A DNA stretch of 63,981 nucleotides, the filler included, from an uncultured bacterium (GTDB lineage: Bacteria; DAOPZR01): assembly GCA_964637655.1 (NCBI GenBank). It is 3 parts of 3 records of this genome, joined end to end, with 100 filler letters (N's around TTAATTAATTAA, not from the genome) between each part and the next. Parts side by side here need not be neighbours in the genome. Positions count along the whole stretch, not along the records: positions 1 to 23,155 come from CAZWUZ010000023.1; 2 more parts are not named here. One strand, given 5' to 3'. The position numbers and the translations under genes are program-made. Every line of letters begins with the position of its first letter. Position 1 is the stretch's first letter. Under the pieces are notes generated by a model. That model made no database searches. It was not told where the DNA came from and saw only the letters and a program-made list of their open reading frames with translations. Shown here piece by piece: positions 9,969-19,113 of the stretch.

Positions 9969-10007
9969 GGGGCTGACAGCGCAACACGCTGTCGGCCCCT
10001 TCCTTTT
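9969..10007 (+). terminator. Intrinsic terminator after tRNA-Gln
   Basis: GGGGCTGACAGCG...CGCTGTCGGCCCC followed by TTCCTTTT. Confidence 0.65.
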
Positions 10008-10104
10008 GCCCGCCAGCAGGTTATGACTGTTTCACCACAACGGTCGTTCCCTGTGGTATACTTGTATAAGCAGGGCATGCACATCCTGAAAGGGGGTGGG
10101 TGCA

Positions 10105-10350
10105 ATGCAGACCACTGGTGTCCTCGGTACCACAGCCGAACTCTATTCACTCTATCAGACGGGGCAGTTCAGGGGGGTGCTGCAGCAGTCGGCGCTGCCG
10201 CAGGGGGACGACAAGACCGCCCTGCTGCATCTCGGGGCGCAGAAAGCGTCGCTGCAACGCGCTCCCTCCGTCGTGGAAACAGGGCAGAGTTTTGCCACCG
10301 GCCAGCGTGCCGGTATCGGTCGCGGTGCTCTGCTCGACATCTACGGCTGA
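10105..10350 (+). CDS. Small hypothetical protein (81 aa)
   Basis: Extended -10 TGGTATACT upstream, G-rich RBS, ends GRGALLDIYG. Confidence 0.6.
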   Translation: MQTTGVLGTTAELYSLYQTGQFRGVLQQSALPQGDDKTALLHLGAQKASLQRAPSVVETGQSFATGQRAGIGRGALLDIYG

Positions 10351-10435
10351 ACGGCGTTCGCCGCGCACGAAGCGTCTGCGCTGAGCCTTTGGTGCTGCTG
10401 TTGTGCTCACCTATAGCGGCCTGCCAGTCGCACAA

Positions 10436-10873
10436 CCGACGGCATTCACCACTGAGCACACAGAGCACACGGAGCGATTGCGGTCTGCCACAGGTGATGC
10501 TGCGGTGATCAGCGATAGTGGACCTCCGATTATACATCCCGGGGAGTGACACACCGCGCACAGGCGAGGCGCCTGTGCCACACCATCAACGTCCTCTTCT
10601 TCGCCTGTGTGGCACAGCCGCCCCGGCTGTGCACAAGACCCTGCACACCCGACGGCGTTCACCGCGGAGCGCACAGAGCACACGGAGCGTTTTGCGGTCT
10701 GCCACAGGTGATGCTGCGGTGATCAGCGATAGTGGACCTCCGATTATACATCCCGGGGAGTGACACACCGCGCACAGGCGAGGCGCCTGTGCCACACCAT
10801 CAACGTCCTCTTCTTCGCCTGTGTGGCACAGCCGCCCCGGCTGTGCACAAGACCCTGCACACCCAACGGCGTT
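10436..10873. repeat. Tandem duplication of a ~214-bp non-coding unit made of REP-like palindromes
   Basis: Two near-identical copies starting 10436 and 10649, third begins 10863; contains CACAGGCGAGGCGCCTGTGCCAC / GTGGCACAGCCGCCCCGGCTGTG and TTCACC.C.GAGC..ACAGAGCACACGGAG. Confidence 0.9.
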
Positions 10874-10912
10874 TGATGCAGTGCCAGACACAGACAACAC
10901 GCTGGGTGAGGC

Positions 10913-10971
10913 GGTGCCAGGCACGCAACTCATGGAATTCCCGTTCATCCATGAGTTGAGTGCCTGGCACC
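10913..10971. repeat. Long palindrome (24-bp arms, 1 mismatch), REP-like
   Basis: GGTGCCAGGCAC-G-CAACTCATGGA ... TCCATGAGTTG-A-GTGCCTGGCACC. Confidence 0.85.
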
Positions 10972-11023
10972 AATATAAGCAATATATACCGATATATATG
11001 GAGTTGGTTGTGTTCCCTATAGG

Positions 11024-11055
11024 AAAAGGGGGGCGGAAACTGCTCCGCCCCCCCC
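11024..11055 (-). terminator. Intrinsic terminator of the OmpA-vWA gene
   Basis: Minus strand G-rich stem GGGGGGCGGA...TCCGCCCCCC followed by TTTT, just after stop at 11072. Confidence 0.75.
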
Positions 11056-11071
11056 TGATTGCCGTCTCTGA

Positions 11072-12258
11072 CTAACGCCGGACAGTGCCCTGCGTGCTGA
11101 TCACCTCGGCCTCGACATTGAGGTTCGGATAGGTGCGATAGGTGATGGTGTAATTGCCGCGCAGGCCGCCGCCGAACGACTGCAGCAGGCCGGCAAACTG
11201 GCTGCCGTCGCGGTCATTGTCCCAAACGAGGTACTGCCCGCCGGTCTGCTGCGCGATGCGCTGCAAGGCCGCGCTCCCCTCCGGCCAGGTCGGCCCGAGT
11301 TCCACCGTCGAGACCTTCACCCCGCGGCTGCGCGCGGCCGCGACCGCCTGGTCGAGCGTGTGCACGCTCCCCGCACGCTCCTGCCAGACCCGCCCCTCAT
11401 CGACGCCATCGCTCATCACCACGAGATAGCGCGGCGCCGCGACCCCGGCGAGGTGACTGCTCGCCGCCTCGTAGATGCCGTCATACAGTTGCGTGTAGCC
11501 GTCGCGCTCCAGTGAGCGCACCAGCATGAGTTGCCCCTGCTGGTCGTGCTGCAGCGCACTGAGCAGCGTCAGGTCCTCGCTGACGCTCATCAGCACCAGT
11601 TTGTCACCCGGCTGCCGGCGCCCGATGAACTGCCGCGCCGCTTCGCGCNNNNNNNNNNGGTGCCGCGGGTCGAGGTCATCGTCTGACTGATGTTGACGAT
11701 TTCGCGCGTCTCGCCGTTTTCTCTCACCGTGAACACATTACGCTGCTGCTGCAGGTTGGGGATGAAATTACCGTCCGCATCGACCACCGAAGCCGTGACC
11801 GTCTTCGTGGTCATCTCGGGGACCGCGACCGGCGCTGCCACCGCGCTGCGCGGCACGGTGAGCGTGATCAGCACGCGACGGTTCTTCCGCCGGTTCTCCT
11901 CGGTGTCGTTCGGATAGCCCGGACGGTCCTCGCCATAGGAGGCATCGAGCACACGGCTCCGGTCGATCCCCTCGATGGTGACGAGGTACTCGGTCGCCGC
12001 ATCGGCACGACGCCGCGCCAGGCGCTGGTTGTAGGCGTTGTCCGCCAGGTCGCAGGTATGCCCCTCGAGCGCCATGCCCAGCTGCGGGTTGGCGCGCAGG
12101 ATGTCCGCCACCTCGCGCAATACCGGCTTCGCATCAGTACGGATAACCGCGCGGTCGAGATCGAAGTAGATTTCCCGCACAATGGTTTCCGCCCCCGCGA
12201 ATGCGGGGAACAGCAGCACCGCCACAGCCGCCAGCCACAGCCAGCCACGGTTCTTCAT
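11072..12258 (-). CDS. OmpA-like peptidoglycan-binding domain + vWA domain protein (split by N gap 11649-11658)
   Basis: Signal peptide, IYFDLD, EGHTC, YNQRLARRRA, NRRV; after the gap REAARQFI, TQLYDGI, VMSDGVD; the apparent frame break coincides with the gap. Confidence 0.8.
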
Positions 12259-12311
12259 GACGCCCTCCTTGACGTTTGGTAACCCGATTGTAGTCCTGTT
12301 TTCGCGTCTTG

Positions 12312-14435
12312 TCAACGGATAATCTTACCCGGCGGCGGTTCCGGCAGCGGCGCCTGCGGCACCCCGAGCCGCAGCGGCAGTTCCGCCGGCAGTCCCAGCG
12401 CGGTAACCGGTGCCTGCGCCCGGTTGTCGCCGGCCAACACCGCTCCGCATTCCGGGCAACGCTGATAGGTTGCGCCCATATCAACGAAACAGTCCGGGCA
12501 GATGCGCGGCACCTGCAGGCGCACCGCGCGTTCGAGCGCGCCCGCAGTCACGTTCGCATCGCGCATGGCGCGCAGCATGACCCCGACCATCAGCCCGCCC
12601 TTGAACTTGGTGCTCTCACCCGAGGTCTGATCCTCCTGCGAGGCGAGCAGTACCAGCCGCCCGTCGCGCTCGAGTTCCTGGCGGAACCCGCCGGCATAGC
12701 AGACGTCGAGCGCCGCCCCCTGCACTGGCGCGCGCACCGCGTCGCGCCGGTCGCCCAGATCGTCATCGGGAAAATCATGCGAATAGTCCGCGTTGACGCT
12801 GTCGAAGGGGGCGAGGTACTCCTGCGCCCCGTCGGGCTCGCGGTTGCGGCTGGTTCCGCCCGTCTCCTGCACCCCGTGCCCGGAAAAGAAAAAGACCACG
12901 CGGTCCTCGGGCCCGGCCACGCGCGCCAGCCAGCGCAGCGCCTCGGTGATGTTCTCCTTCGTCGCCTGCTCGTCGACCAGCAGGCGGCCGTTTTCCGCCG
13001 GCATGCCGAGGTGCTGGAACGCCTGCCAGGCGTCGAAAGCGTCCTTGCTGCAGTATTCGAGGTCGTTGGCCTCGGCGTATTCCTTGATCCCGACAAAGAC
13101 CCCGAACCATTCCGCTTCCGGCTTGCCCTGCACGGGCGCGGTGCGCGGCGCAAATGCGGCATCGAGCCGCCACGGGCAGGAGGTATCGCTGTGATAGAGC
13201 GACGGGAGCAGGTAGATGGTCTCGTCCGCGGCAAGGTTGGCCACCACCGTCTCGCGCCCTTCGCCGTCGCGCGAAAAGTACACCGTGCCGTCCGCCTTGC
13301 TCACCACGAGGTCGAGGTCGATGTCGCCCACCTCGTCACCGTTGAGCTGCACCGCCAGCACCCCGTCCTGCGGCGCGGTGAACGCGAGCAGTTCCTGCCG
13401 CGTGCCGGTATCGAACATTCCCGCCGCCCCGCGGTCGGCCGCCAGCGCGCGCGCGCCCGGGATGGCGTCCACGAGATGCGCCGCGAGCGTGACCGGCACC
13501 TCGTGCCAGCCGTTATCACCGCGCTGCAGGCGGCAGAGGTACTCCCCCTTCCGCTGCAAGCCGAGCACGGCAAATTCGCGCAGTCCCTGCTGCAGCGAGT
13601 CGACCGCCAGTTCCCCGTCGCGGAAAACCGCGAGGTCGACATCAGCCGCCGTGTCGCCGCCGGTGCGCAGCGCCAGCCAGCCGCGGTTGACCACCGGCAC
13701 ACGGAAGTAGCGCGGGCGGTCGTCAATCACCGTTTCGCGTTCCAGCCCGTCGCTGAGGTCGCCCGACAGGCGCACCTGCCACGCGGTCAGCGTGAACGGC
13801 AGCCGCTGCTGGCCGCGCGCGTCGTATTTCTCCACGGTGACGGTGTAGCGCTCGCCCGCCCGCACGCGCACGAACAGGTTTTCCTGCGACCGCTGCCCGG
13901 CGGAACTCCACTCCTCCCCGTCCGGGGCCCGCAGTTTCAGATCGAGATCGTAAGTGCCGCCGCTGAGTTGCAGATCGAGATACCCGTCCTCGGGCGGCTG
14001 GTAGGTATAGGAGACCTCGTCGCGCCCGGCGGGAAAATCGCGCACCACGGGCTGGTCGGGGAACATCTGCCGCGGGTCGGTACCCCACGCCGCCGACAGC
14101 GCGTACCCGGTGGGCGCCCCGCCCAGCAACGTCAGCCGCACGGTATAGGTGCGACCCGCCTCGGTGTTCAGCCCGGTGATTTTCTGCGTCCAGACCGGGC
14201 CGCCGCGCGCGACGATGCGGCCTTCCGCGGTCAACACCGTCAGACGCACCTGCGCCGCCGGGTGCAGCCCGTCGAGCGACAGCAGCAGCACCCCGGTCTG
14301 CGCCGGGGTCAGCGTGTAGTCACGGCTCGGCAGGCCGAAGGTCAGTTTGCCGCGCACCGGCGCGCCGATGTTCAGTTCCGCCGCCGTCGCCGGCAGTGCC
14401 AGCAGCATCAGCAGCAGCACCAGTATCCGCTTCAT
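12312..14435 (-). CDS. Secreted caspase-family (C14) peptidase with N-terminal PPC-like domains and C-terminal zinc ribbon
   Basis: Signal peptide MKRILVLLLMLLALPATA; DLDL-type repeats; FFFSGHG and LDVCYAGG His-Cys dyad; CPDC..CPEC. Confidence 0.8.
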   Translation of the reverse strand: MKRILVLLLMLLALPATAAELNIGAPVRGKLTFGLPSRDYTLTPAQTGVLLLSLDGLHPAAQVRLTVLTAEGRIVARGGPVWTQKITGLNTEAGRTYTVRLTLLGGAPTGYALSAAWGTDPRQMFPDQPVVRDFPAGRDEVSYTYQPPEDGYLDLQLSGGTYDLDLKLRAPDGEEWSSAGQRSQENLFVRVRAGERYTVTVEKYDARGQQRLPFTLTAWQVRLSGDLSDGLERETVIDDRPRYFRVPVVNRGWLALRTGGDTAADVDLAVFRDGELAVDSLQQGLREFAVLGLQRKGEYLCRLQRGDNGWHEVPVTLAAHLVDAIPGARALAADRGAAGMFDTGTRQELLAFTAPQDGVLAVQLNGDEVGDIDLDLVVSKADGTVYFSRDGEGRETVVANLAADETIYLLPSLYHSDTSCPWRLDAAFAPRTAPVQGKPEAEWFGVFVGIKEYAEANDLEYCSKDAFDAWQAFQHLGMPAENGRLLVDEQATKENITEALRWLARVAGPEDRVVFFFSGHGVQETGGTSRNREPDGAQEYLAPFDSVNADYSHDFPDDDLGDRRDAVRAPVQGAALDVCYAGGFRQELERDGRLVLLASQEDQTSGESTKFKGGLMVGVMLRAMRDANVTAGALERAVRLQVPRICPDCFVDMGATYQRCPECGAVLAGDNRAQAPVTALGLPAELPLRLGVPQAPLPEPPPGKIIR

Positions 14436-15595
14436 CCCGTCGCCTCCGTCCGCGCCGCCCGCAGGAAAACCAGTGCCGCCAGCAGCGCCCCGCCGGTAAA
14501 CACGGCGTACACGGTCAGTGTACCATACGACTCGTAGAGCTGCCCGCCCAGCCAGCAGCCGGCGATGGTCGCCAGCCCGTAGATGACGATGGCCACCAGC
14601 GCCTGCCCGGTGTTCTTGACTGATGCACGGCTGCGCACGTCGATGAAATGCACCGCTCCCCACAGGTAGCACGCGTACATCAGCGCGTGCAGCGGCTGAG
14701 TGGCAAGCAGCCAGCGCCAGTCATGCAGCAGCATGATGGATCCCCAGCGCAGCGCGGCCAGCAGGCCGGCTATCCCGAGCAGGCAAAGCGGACGGCAGCG
14801 CGCCAGCAGCCGCGTCCCCCAGTAGAACAGCGGGATTTCACCCAGCGCGGCGAGCGACCAGCCGAACCCGAGCGCCGCATCACTCCCGTTGCGTTCATTC
14901 CACATCAGCCCGTAGGTGACGAAATTCCCCTCGATGGTGATGCCGAGCAGCAGCAGCCCGAACACGAACCAGCGGCAGGTGCGGTCGCGCCAGAACAGGC
15001 GCACCCCGGCAAGGAAGCGCACCCGGCTGGCCGGGCGCACCGCGGTCGCCGGCAGGCGCAGCGTCACCAGCAGCGCCGTGGCCAGTCCGAAGGCCGCCAG
15101 CGGAAAGATCACCCGCAGCCCGAGCGGCAGCGCGAGCGCCCCGGCCAGCGACGAGGCGATGATGAAACTGATGGTTCCCCAGAGCCGCCGCGTGCCGAAC
15201 CCCGTCTCCTGCCCGCCCGCAGCGATGGCGCAGGAATTGACCAGCGGCAGCACGCCACCCTGGAAGAGCGCAAAGAGTGCCACGGTACCGAGCAGCGGGT
15301 AGAACCCTCCCGCCTGCAGAAAGAGCAACGCCGCCAGCGCGTTTCCCCCGAGGCAGAGGGCGAGGATGGCTCGTCGCGCGTGCAGCAGGTCGGCCAGCGC
15401 CCCCCACAGCGGCTGGGTGACGAGCGCCACCAGCGGGGCGAGCGCCGCCAGCAGTTTGATCTCTCCCGCGTCCATGCCTGCGCGCAGGTAGTAGAGGTAG
15501 ATAAACGGGCTGTAGCTGCCGATGGAAATGAAAAACCAGAAGTAGACGGCACCGACCGGGTCGAGCCGGGGTCGCGGCGCCGGCAGCGTGGTCAT
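14432..15595 (-). CDS. MFS transporter (MFS_1_like / nucleoside symporter type)
   Basis: ~12 TM, QPLWGALAD, FG..RLWGTISF, GEIP. Confidence 0.85.
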   Translation of the reverse strand: MTTLPAPRPRLDPVGAVYFWFFISIGSYSPFIYLYYLRAGMDAGEIKLLAALAPLVALVTQPLWGALADLLHARRAILALCLGGNALAALLFLQAGGFYPLLGTVALFALFQGGVLPLVNSCAIAAGGQETGFGTRRLWGTISFIIASSLAGALALPLGLRVIFPLAAFGLATALLVTLRLPATAVRPASRVRFLAGVRLFWRDRTCRWFVFGLLLLGITIEGNFVTYGLMWNERNGSDAALGFGWSLAALGEIPLFYWGTRLLARCRPLCLLGIAGLLAALRWGSIMLLHDWRWLLATQPLHALMYACYLWGAVHFIDVRSRASVKNTGQALVAIVIYGLATIAGCWLGGQLYESYGTLTVYAVFTGGALLAALVFLRAARTEATG

Positions 15596-15599
15596 GTGT

Positions 15600-16340
15600 T
15601 CAGAGTGAGCGAACGAGCCGCAGGCGGTAGCCGAGCGCGCGCGTCAGCACCCGCGCGTAGGCGGGCCCGACGGTGAACAGTTTGTACTTGGAGAAGCCCA
15701 TCCCCGCCGTGCGCTGCACCCAGCGCACCGGGCACTCTTTGATGCGGTACCCGAGCAACGCGGGGTAGAGCCCCGTCTCCGCGTTGGCGGCAAAATGCCC
15801 CTCGCGCAGGGCGAACGCGCGCCAGACCTCGCGGCGGTAGCACTTGAAGTTGTTGGTCAGGTCGGTGCGTGACGGGCCGAGCACGATCTTCGCCAGCAGG
15901 TGGAAGGCGCGGTTGAAAAAGAGTTTCCCCTGCGGGTAGTTGACCAGCGAGTCCGCCTTGAGGAAGCGCGAACCCATGGCGCCGTCCCACCCCTCGCGCA
16001 GGGGCTGCAGCACCCCGTCGATCTCGTCGATATTCTCGCGGAAATCCGCGTCGATGGAGAGCAGGTGGGTGATGTCGTCGCGCATCGCCGCCACGCCCGC
16101 CGCCAGCGCCCGGCCCACGCCCGGGGGCGCGATGCGGTGCACCGCGGTCACGCGCGGTTCGCGCGCCGCCAGTTCGTCGAGCACCCGGTCTGTGCCGTCC
16201 GTGCTCACATCGTCGACAATGATAAGTTGCTGCAGTTCGCCGGCATAGCGCGCCAGCAGCGCTTCCGCCAGCGGAACGATGTTCGTCGCCTCGTTGTGCG
16301 CGGGGACGAGTATCGCCAGCCGCAGCGGTTGTGCGGTCAT
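15600..16340 (-). CDS. GT2 glycosyltransferase (DPM synthase-like)
   Basis: VPAHNE, VDDVSTDGT, IDAD, GSRF, DLTNNFK. Confidence 0.88.
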   Translation of the reverse strand: MTAQPLRLAILVPAHNEATNIVPLAEALLARYAGELQQLIIVDDVSTDGTDRVLDELAAREPRVTAVHRIAPPGVGRALAAGVAAMRDDITHLLSIDADFRENIDEIDGVLQPLREGWDGAMGSRFLKADSLVNYPQGKLFFNRAFHLLAKIVLGPSRTDLTNNFKCYRREVWRAFALREGHFAANAETGLYPALLGYRIKECPVRWVQRTAGMGFSKYKLFTVGPAYARVLTRALGYRLRLVRSL

Positions 16341-16394
16341 CAGTGCATGCCTGTGGAGCACAGCCGCCCGCGGCCGTGCTGATTCCGTGCCATA

Positions 16395-17027
16395 TTACAG
16401 CGAGTACCGCAGACGGTAGGCAGCGTCGGCGCCCGGGGGGGCATCGGGCAGTTTCTCCGCGCCGATGCCTTCGAGCGTTCCCGCCGCCGCCACCAGCGCG
16501 CCGGTGGCGAGAATCTCCCACGCCTTGGCCGTGTCCTCGCCCAGTTTGCTCGCCGCGTTGACCTCGGCCCCGAACACGTCCTGGTCGCCGATGCGCAGCA
16601 GTTTGCCGAACCCGAGCCCGACGCAGAGCAGGATTTTCTCCGTGTCCGGCTTGTCCCCGTTGTACGCCTTTGCCGCGCGCTGCATCGCCACGGCGCACTC
16701 GACCGCCTTGCTCGCCCGGCGGAAAATGACGAGCATGCTGTCCCCCTCCATCTTGAGCAGGATACCGTCGTAGCGGTCGATGCACGGGCAGAAGATGCGC
16801 TCCGCCTCGTAGATGACCTGCAAAAAGTGGATGATGCCGAATTCCGCCACCTGGCGCGAGAAGCCCGACAGGTCGGTGAACATCACCGCCCACTCCTCGC
16901 CGAACATGTCCCAGATGCGCGCGTCGATGGCCTGCTTGTCGGCGCCCGGGGCGAGGCGTTCCGCGAGCAGTTTCTCGAGGCGTTCGAGCGACGCGCTCGA
17001 CCCGACGTGCTGCAGGCCGCGCAACAC
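16395..17027 (-). CDS. Stand-alone class III adenylate/guanylate cyclase
   Basis: MFTDLSGFS, KMEGDS, DVFGAEVNAASKL. Confidence 0.88.
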   Translation of the reverse strand: MLRGLQHVGSSASLERLEKLLAERLAPGADKQAIDARIWDMFGEEWAVMFTDLSGFSRQVAEFGIIHFLQVIYEAERIFCPCIDRYDGILLKMEGDSMLVIFRRASKAVECAVAMQRAAKAYNGDKPDTEKILLCVGLGFGKLLRIGDQDVFGAEVNAASKLGEDTAKAWEILATGALVAAAGTLEGIGAEKLPDAPPGADAAYRLRYSL

Positions 17028-17029
17028 GG

Positions 17030-17872
17030 CTACTTCCCCCCCGCCGCGCGCACCGCGCTCACTTCGGCGGCAAAACGCGCCCCGAGCAGCGACCAGACCG
17101 GCAGCACGTCGAGCCCCGTCGCCGCCGCGCCGCTGACGGAATCAGCGATGTTCATCGCCGCCGGCAGCACCCCCTTGATCTTCTGCTGCAGCGGCCCGAG
17201 ATACGCGCCCGCCTTGCCGACGTAGTCGCCGAGCGGCCCGGTCAGCCCCGCCAGCACCCCCGAGGCCTGCTGCACCGAGTCGGCCCCCGCGAACTTCGCG
17301 AATTTCTCCGTCATCGCCGCCTTGTTGCGCGAGAGTATCTGCCCGATGAGGTCGCTCGTCCCCTGCACGATGTTGTCGGCAAAGGGGAGTGCGACTTCGC
17401 CCACCGCGTAGTAGACCGCCAGTTCGCGCCCGGCGGGCAGCCCGCGGAACAGCGCCAGTTTCTGCGCCACGTCACCCGGGCAGAGCTGATGTATCATGTA
17501 GGCGAGTCCCAGCCCCTTGACCGCGGCATCCGTCGCCTGCTCGGAATCCGACTCGAAGGTGCTCGCCTGCTTCTTCCCGCCGCCGAAGAGCGAGAAGATG
17601 TTCTTGACCCCGGCGAACCCGGCAATCAGCTGGTCGCTGGTGTCGAGCGCGCTGGCCACCCAGAGCGCCTTGCCGGTGCTTTCCGACGCCGCCAGCGCCT
17701 GCACCTGCGCCAGGTCGGTGCCGGGCGCCACTCGCTGCACTGCGCCCGCCAGGTCGCGGTAGAAGACGAACGGCTCCGCGAACGGCAGCGTGGAAAAGAG
17801 CACCGTGAGCATCTTCACCGTAACATCCGACTGCTGATATTCGCCCAGCATCTGCTCGACTGTTTTCGCCAT
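17030..17872 (-). CDS. Hypothetical protein
   Basis: Long ORF with host codon bias, RBS GGAG, 2-nt gap to the cyclase gene. Confidence 0.75.
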   Translation of the reverse strand: MAKTVEQMLGEYQQSDVTVKMLTVLFSTLPFAEPFVFYRDLAGAVQRVAPGTDLAQVQALAASESTGKALWVASALDTSDQLIAGFAGVKNIFSLFGGGKKQASTFESDSEQATDAAVKGLGLAYMIHQLCPGDVAQKLALFRGLPAGRELAVYYAVGEVALPFADNIVQGTSDLIGQILSRNKAAMTEKFAKFAGADSVQQASGVLAGLTGPLGDYVGKAGAYLGPLQQKIKGVLPAAMNIADSVSGAAATGLDVLPVWSLLGARFAAEVSAVRAAGGK

Positions 17873-18011
17873 GGTCTTCTCCCTGGGTTGCGGAATGGCC
17901 AACCGCCTGATTACACCATGTTTCCGCCGGCGGCGTCAATCGCACGAGGCGATGCATGCCGCAGGCGCCACGGAGGGCACAGCCTGCGGTGCAACTGTTC
18001 AGCCAATCAGT

Positions 18012-18056
18012 CCCCTCTCCTTTGGGAGAGGGCGACGCGCAGCGTCGGGTGAGGGG
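18012..18056. repeat. REP-like element (CCCCTCTCC...GGGAGAGGG...GGGTGAGGGG family)
   Basis: Palindromic; inverted relative of the element at 26680-26721. Confidence 0.7.
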
Positions 18057-18099
18057 ATACGTCCGGCCGTGTCTGCCCACGGGCGGCACAGCCTGCGGC

Positions 18100-19113
18100 C
18101 TATTGTGCGCCGGTATCCGCCGCCGCCTGCAACTGCGGCAGCGCCGCCTGCCATGCCGGGCCGAGGCCGGCGAACTGCTGCGCGTCCACGGCAAGGCGCT
18201 GCGGTACCACATTGGCAACCGGTACCGTGGCGATGCTTCCCGGATTGCGCAGTGCCTGCGCCGCCAGCGCCCCGATACGTTCCCCCACCGCGCGGTAGTC
18301 GGCCCCATAGCTGAATGCCGCGCCCATGCCCACGTGTTCCAGATTGCTGGTGAAGACCGGGACGCCCTGCTGCCGCGCCGCCCCGCCGTACGCGGCGAAG
18401 GCGTTGTCGACGGTGTTGTCGCCGGCAGTCCAGAGCGCCTGCACGTCACGCTGCAGCAGCGCGCGCACCGCTTCGCCGACCGTTGCGGAGTTATCCACCG
18501 TCACTTCTGCGAGCGTGATACCCAGTTCCGCGCAGACCGCACGCGCCCTTTCCACGCAGGCGCGCGAACAGTCCTCGCCGGCGTTGTAGACCACGCCGAC
18601 ACGCTGCAGCCCGGGATTGACCTGCTGCGCCAGCCGGAAGGTCTCCGCCACGGGCTCGAAGGTGCCGATCCCCGCCAGGTGCGGCGGATGCTGCGCGGGG
18701 CTGGCGCGGTCGAGTCCCACCCCCGCGGTAAACGGGTCCGTCACCAGCCCGAAAATATGGAGGACGCTGCCGTCGCGGTTGGCGTTGGCCATCGCCTGCA
18801 GCACGGGGGTGCTCAGGGTGATGGCCACGTCGTAGTTGCCCGCGACCACCTGCCCGCAGATGCTGCTGAGCATCCCCATATCGCCCTGCGCATCGAGGAG
18901 CGTAATCCGCACGGTCTCCCCGTCACGGTAGCCCTGTGCCGCCAGTCCCTCGCGTATCCCCGCCACCCCGTCGTCCATCAGCACCGTCGGCACGTACTGC
19001 ACGATAACCACCTGCGGCAGGTCGTCTGCCGGCCTCCCGCAGGCGGCAGCCAGCAGCATGACGCCGCACATCAGCAGGCCCGCAGTGTACCGCCGGCGCG
19101 GCAGTCGCTTCAT
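18100..19113 (-). CDS. ABC transporter substrate-binding lipoprotein (ABC_sub_bind type)
   Basis: Lipobox LAAAC, DAQGD, VTDP..AG, VGVVYN.GE, DNTV; ATGA overlap with the CDF gene. Confidence 0.82.
   Translation of the reverse strand: MKRLPRRRYTAGLLMCGVMLLAAACGRPADDLPQVVIVQYVPTVLMDDGVAGIREGLAAQGYRDGETVRITLLDAQGDMGMLSSICGQVVAGNYDVAITLSTPVLQAMANANRDGSVLHIFGLVTDPFTAGVGLDRASPAQHPPHLAGIGTFEPVAETFRLAQQVNPGLQRVGVVYNAGEDCSRACVERARAVCAELGITLAEVTVDNSATVGEAVRALLQRDVQALWTAGDNTVDNAFAAYGGAARQQGVPVFTSNLEHVGMGAAFSYGADYRAVGERIGALAAQALRNPGSIATVPVANVVPQRLAVDAQQFAGLGPAWQAALPQLQAAADTGAQ

Noticed and set aside
10436-10873. CRISPR array
   Set aside because: The whole 214-bp unit is duplicated, so there are no unique spacers, and no cas1/cas2 is present.
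9892-11000. Integrative element at tRNA-Gln
   Set aside because: No integrase and no duplicated tRNA 3' end found in this contig piece.
11590-11660. Frameshift or pseudogene in OmpA-vWA (likewise the lipoprotein at 23788-23797)
   Set aside because: The frame change coincides with a 10-N scaffold gap of unknown true length.
12309-14537. Long antisense ORFs (also 3509-5344, 17956-19974, 31367-33607 and others)
   Set aside because: Shadow ORFs of high-GC coding strands; the opposite strand carries recognisable domains.
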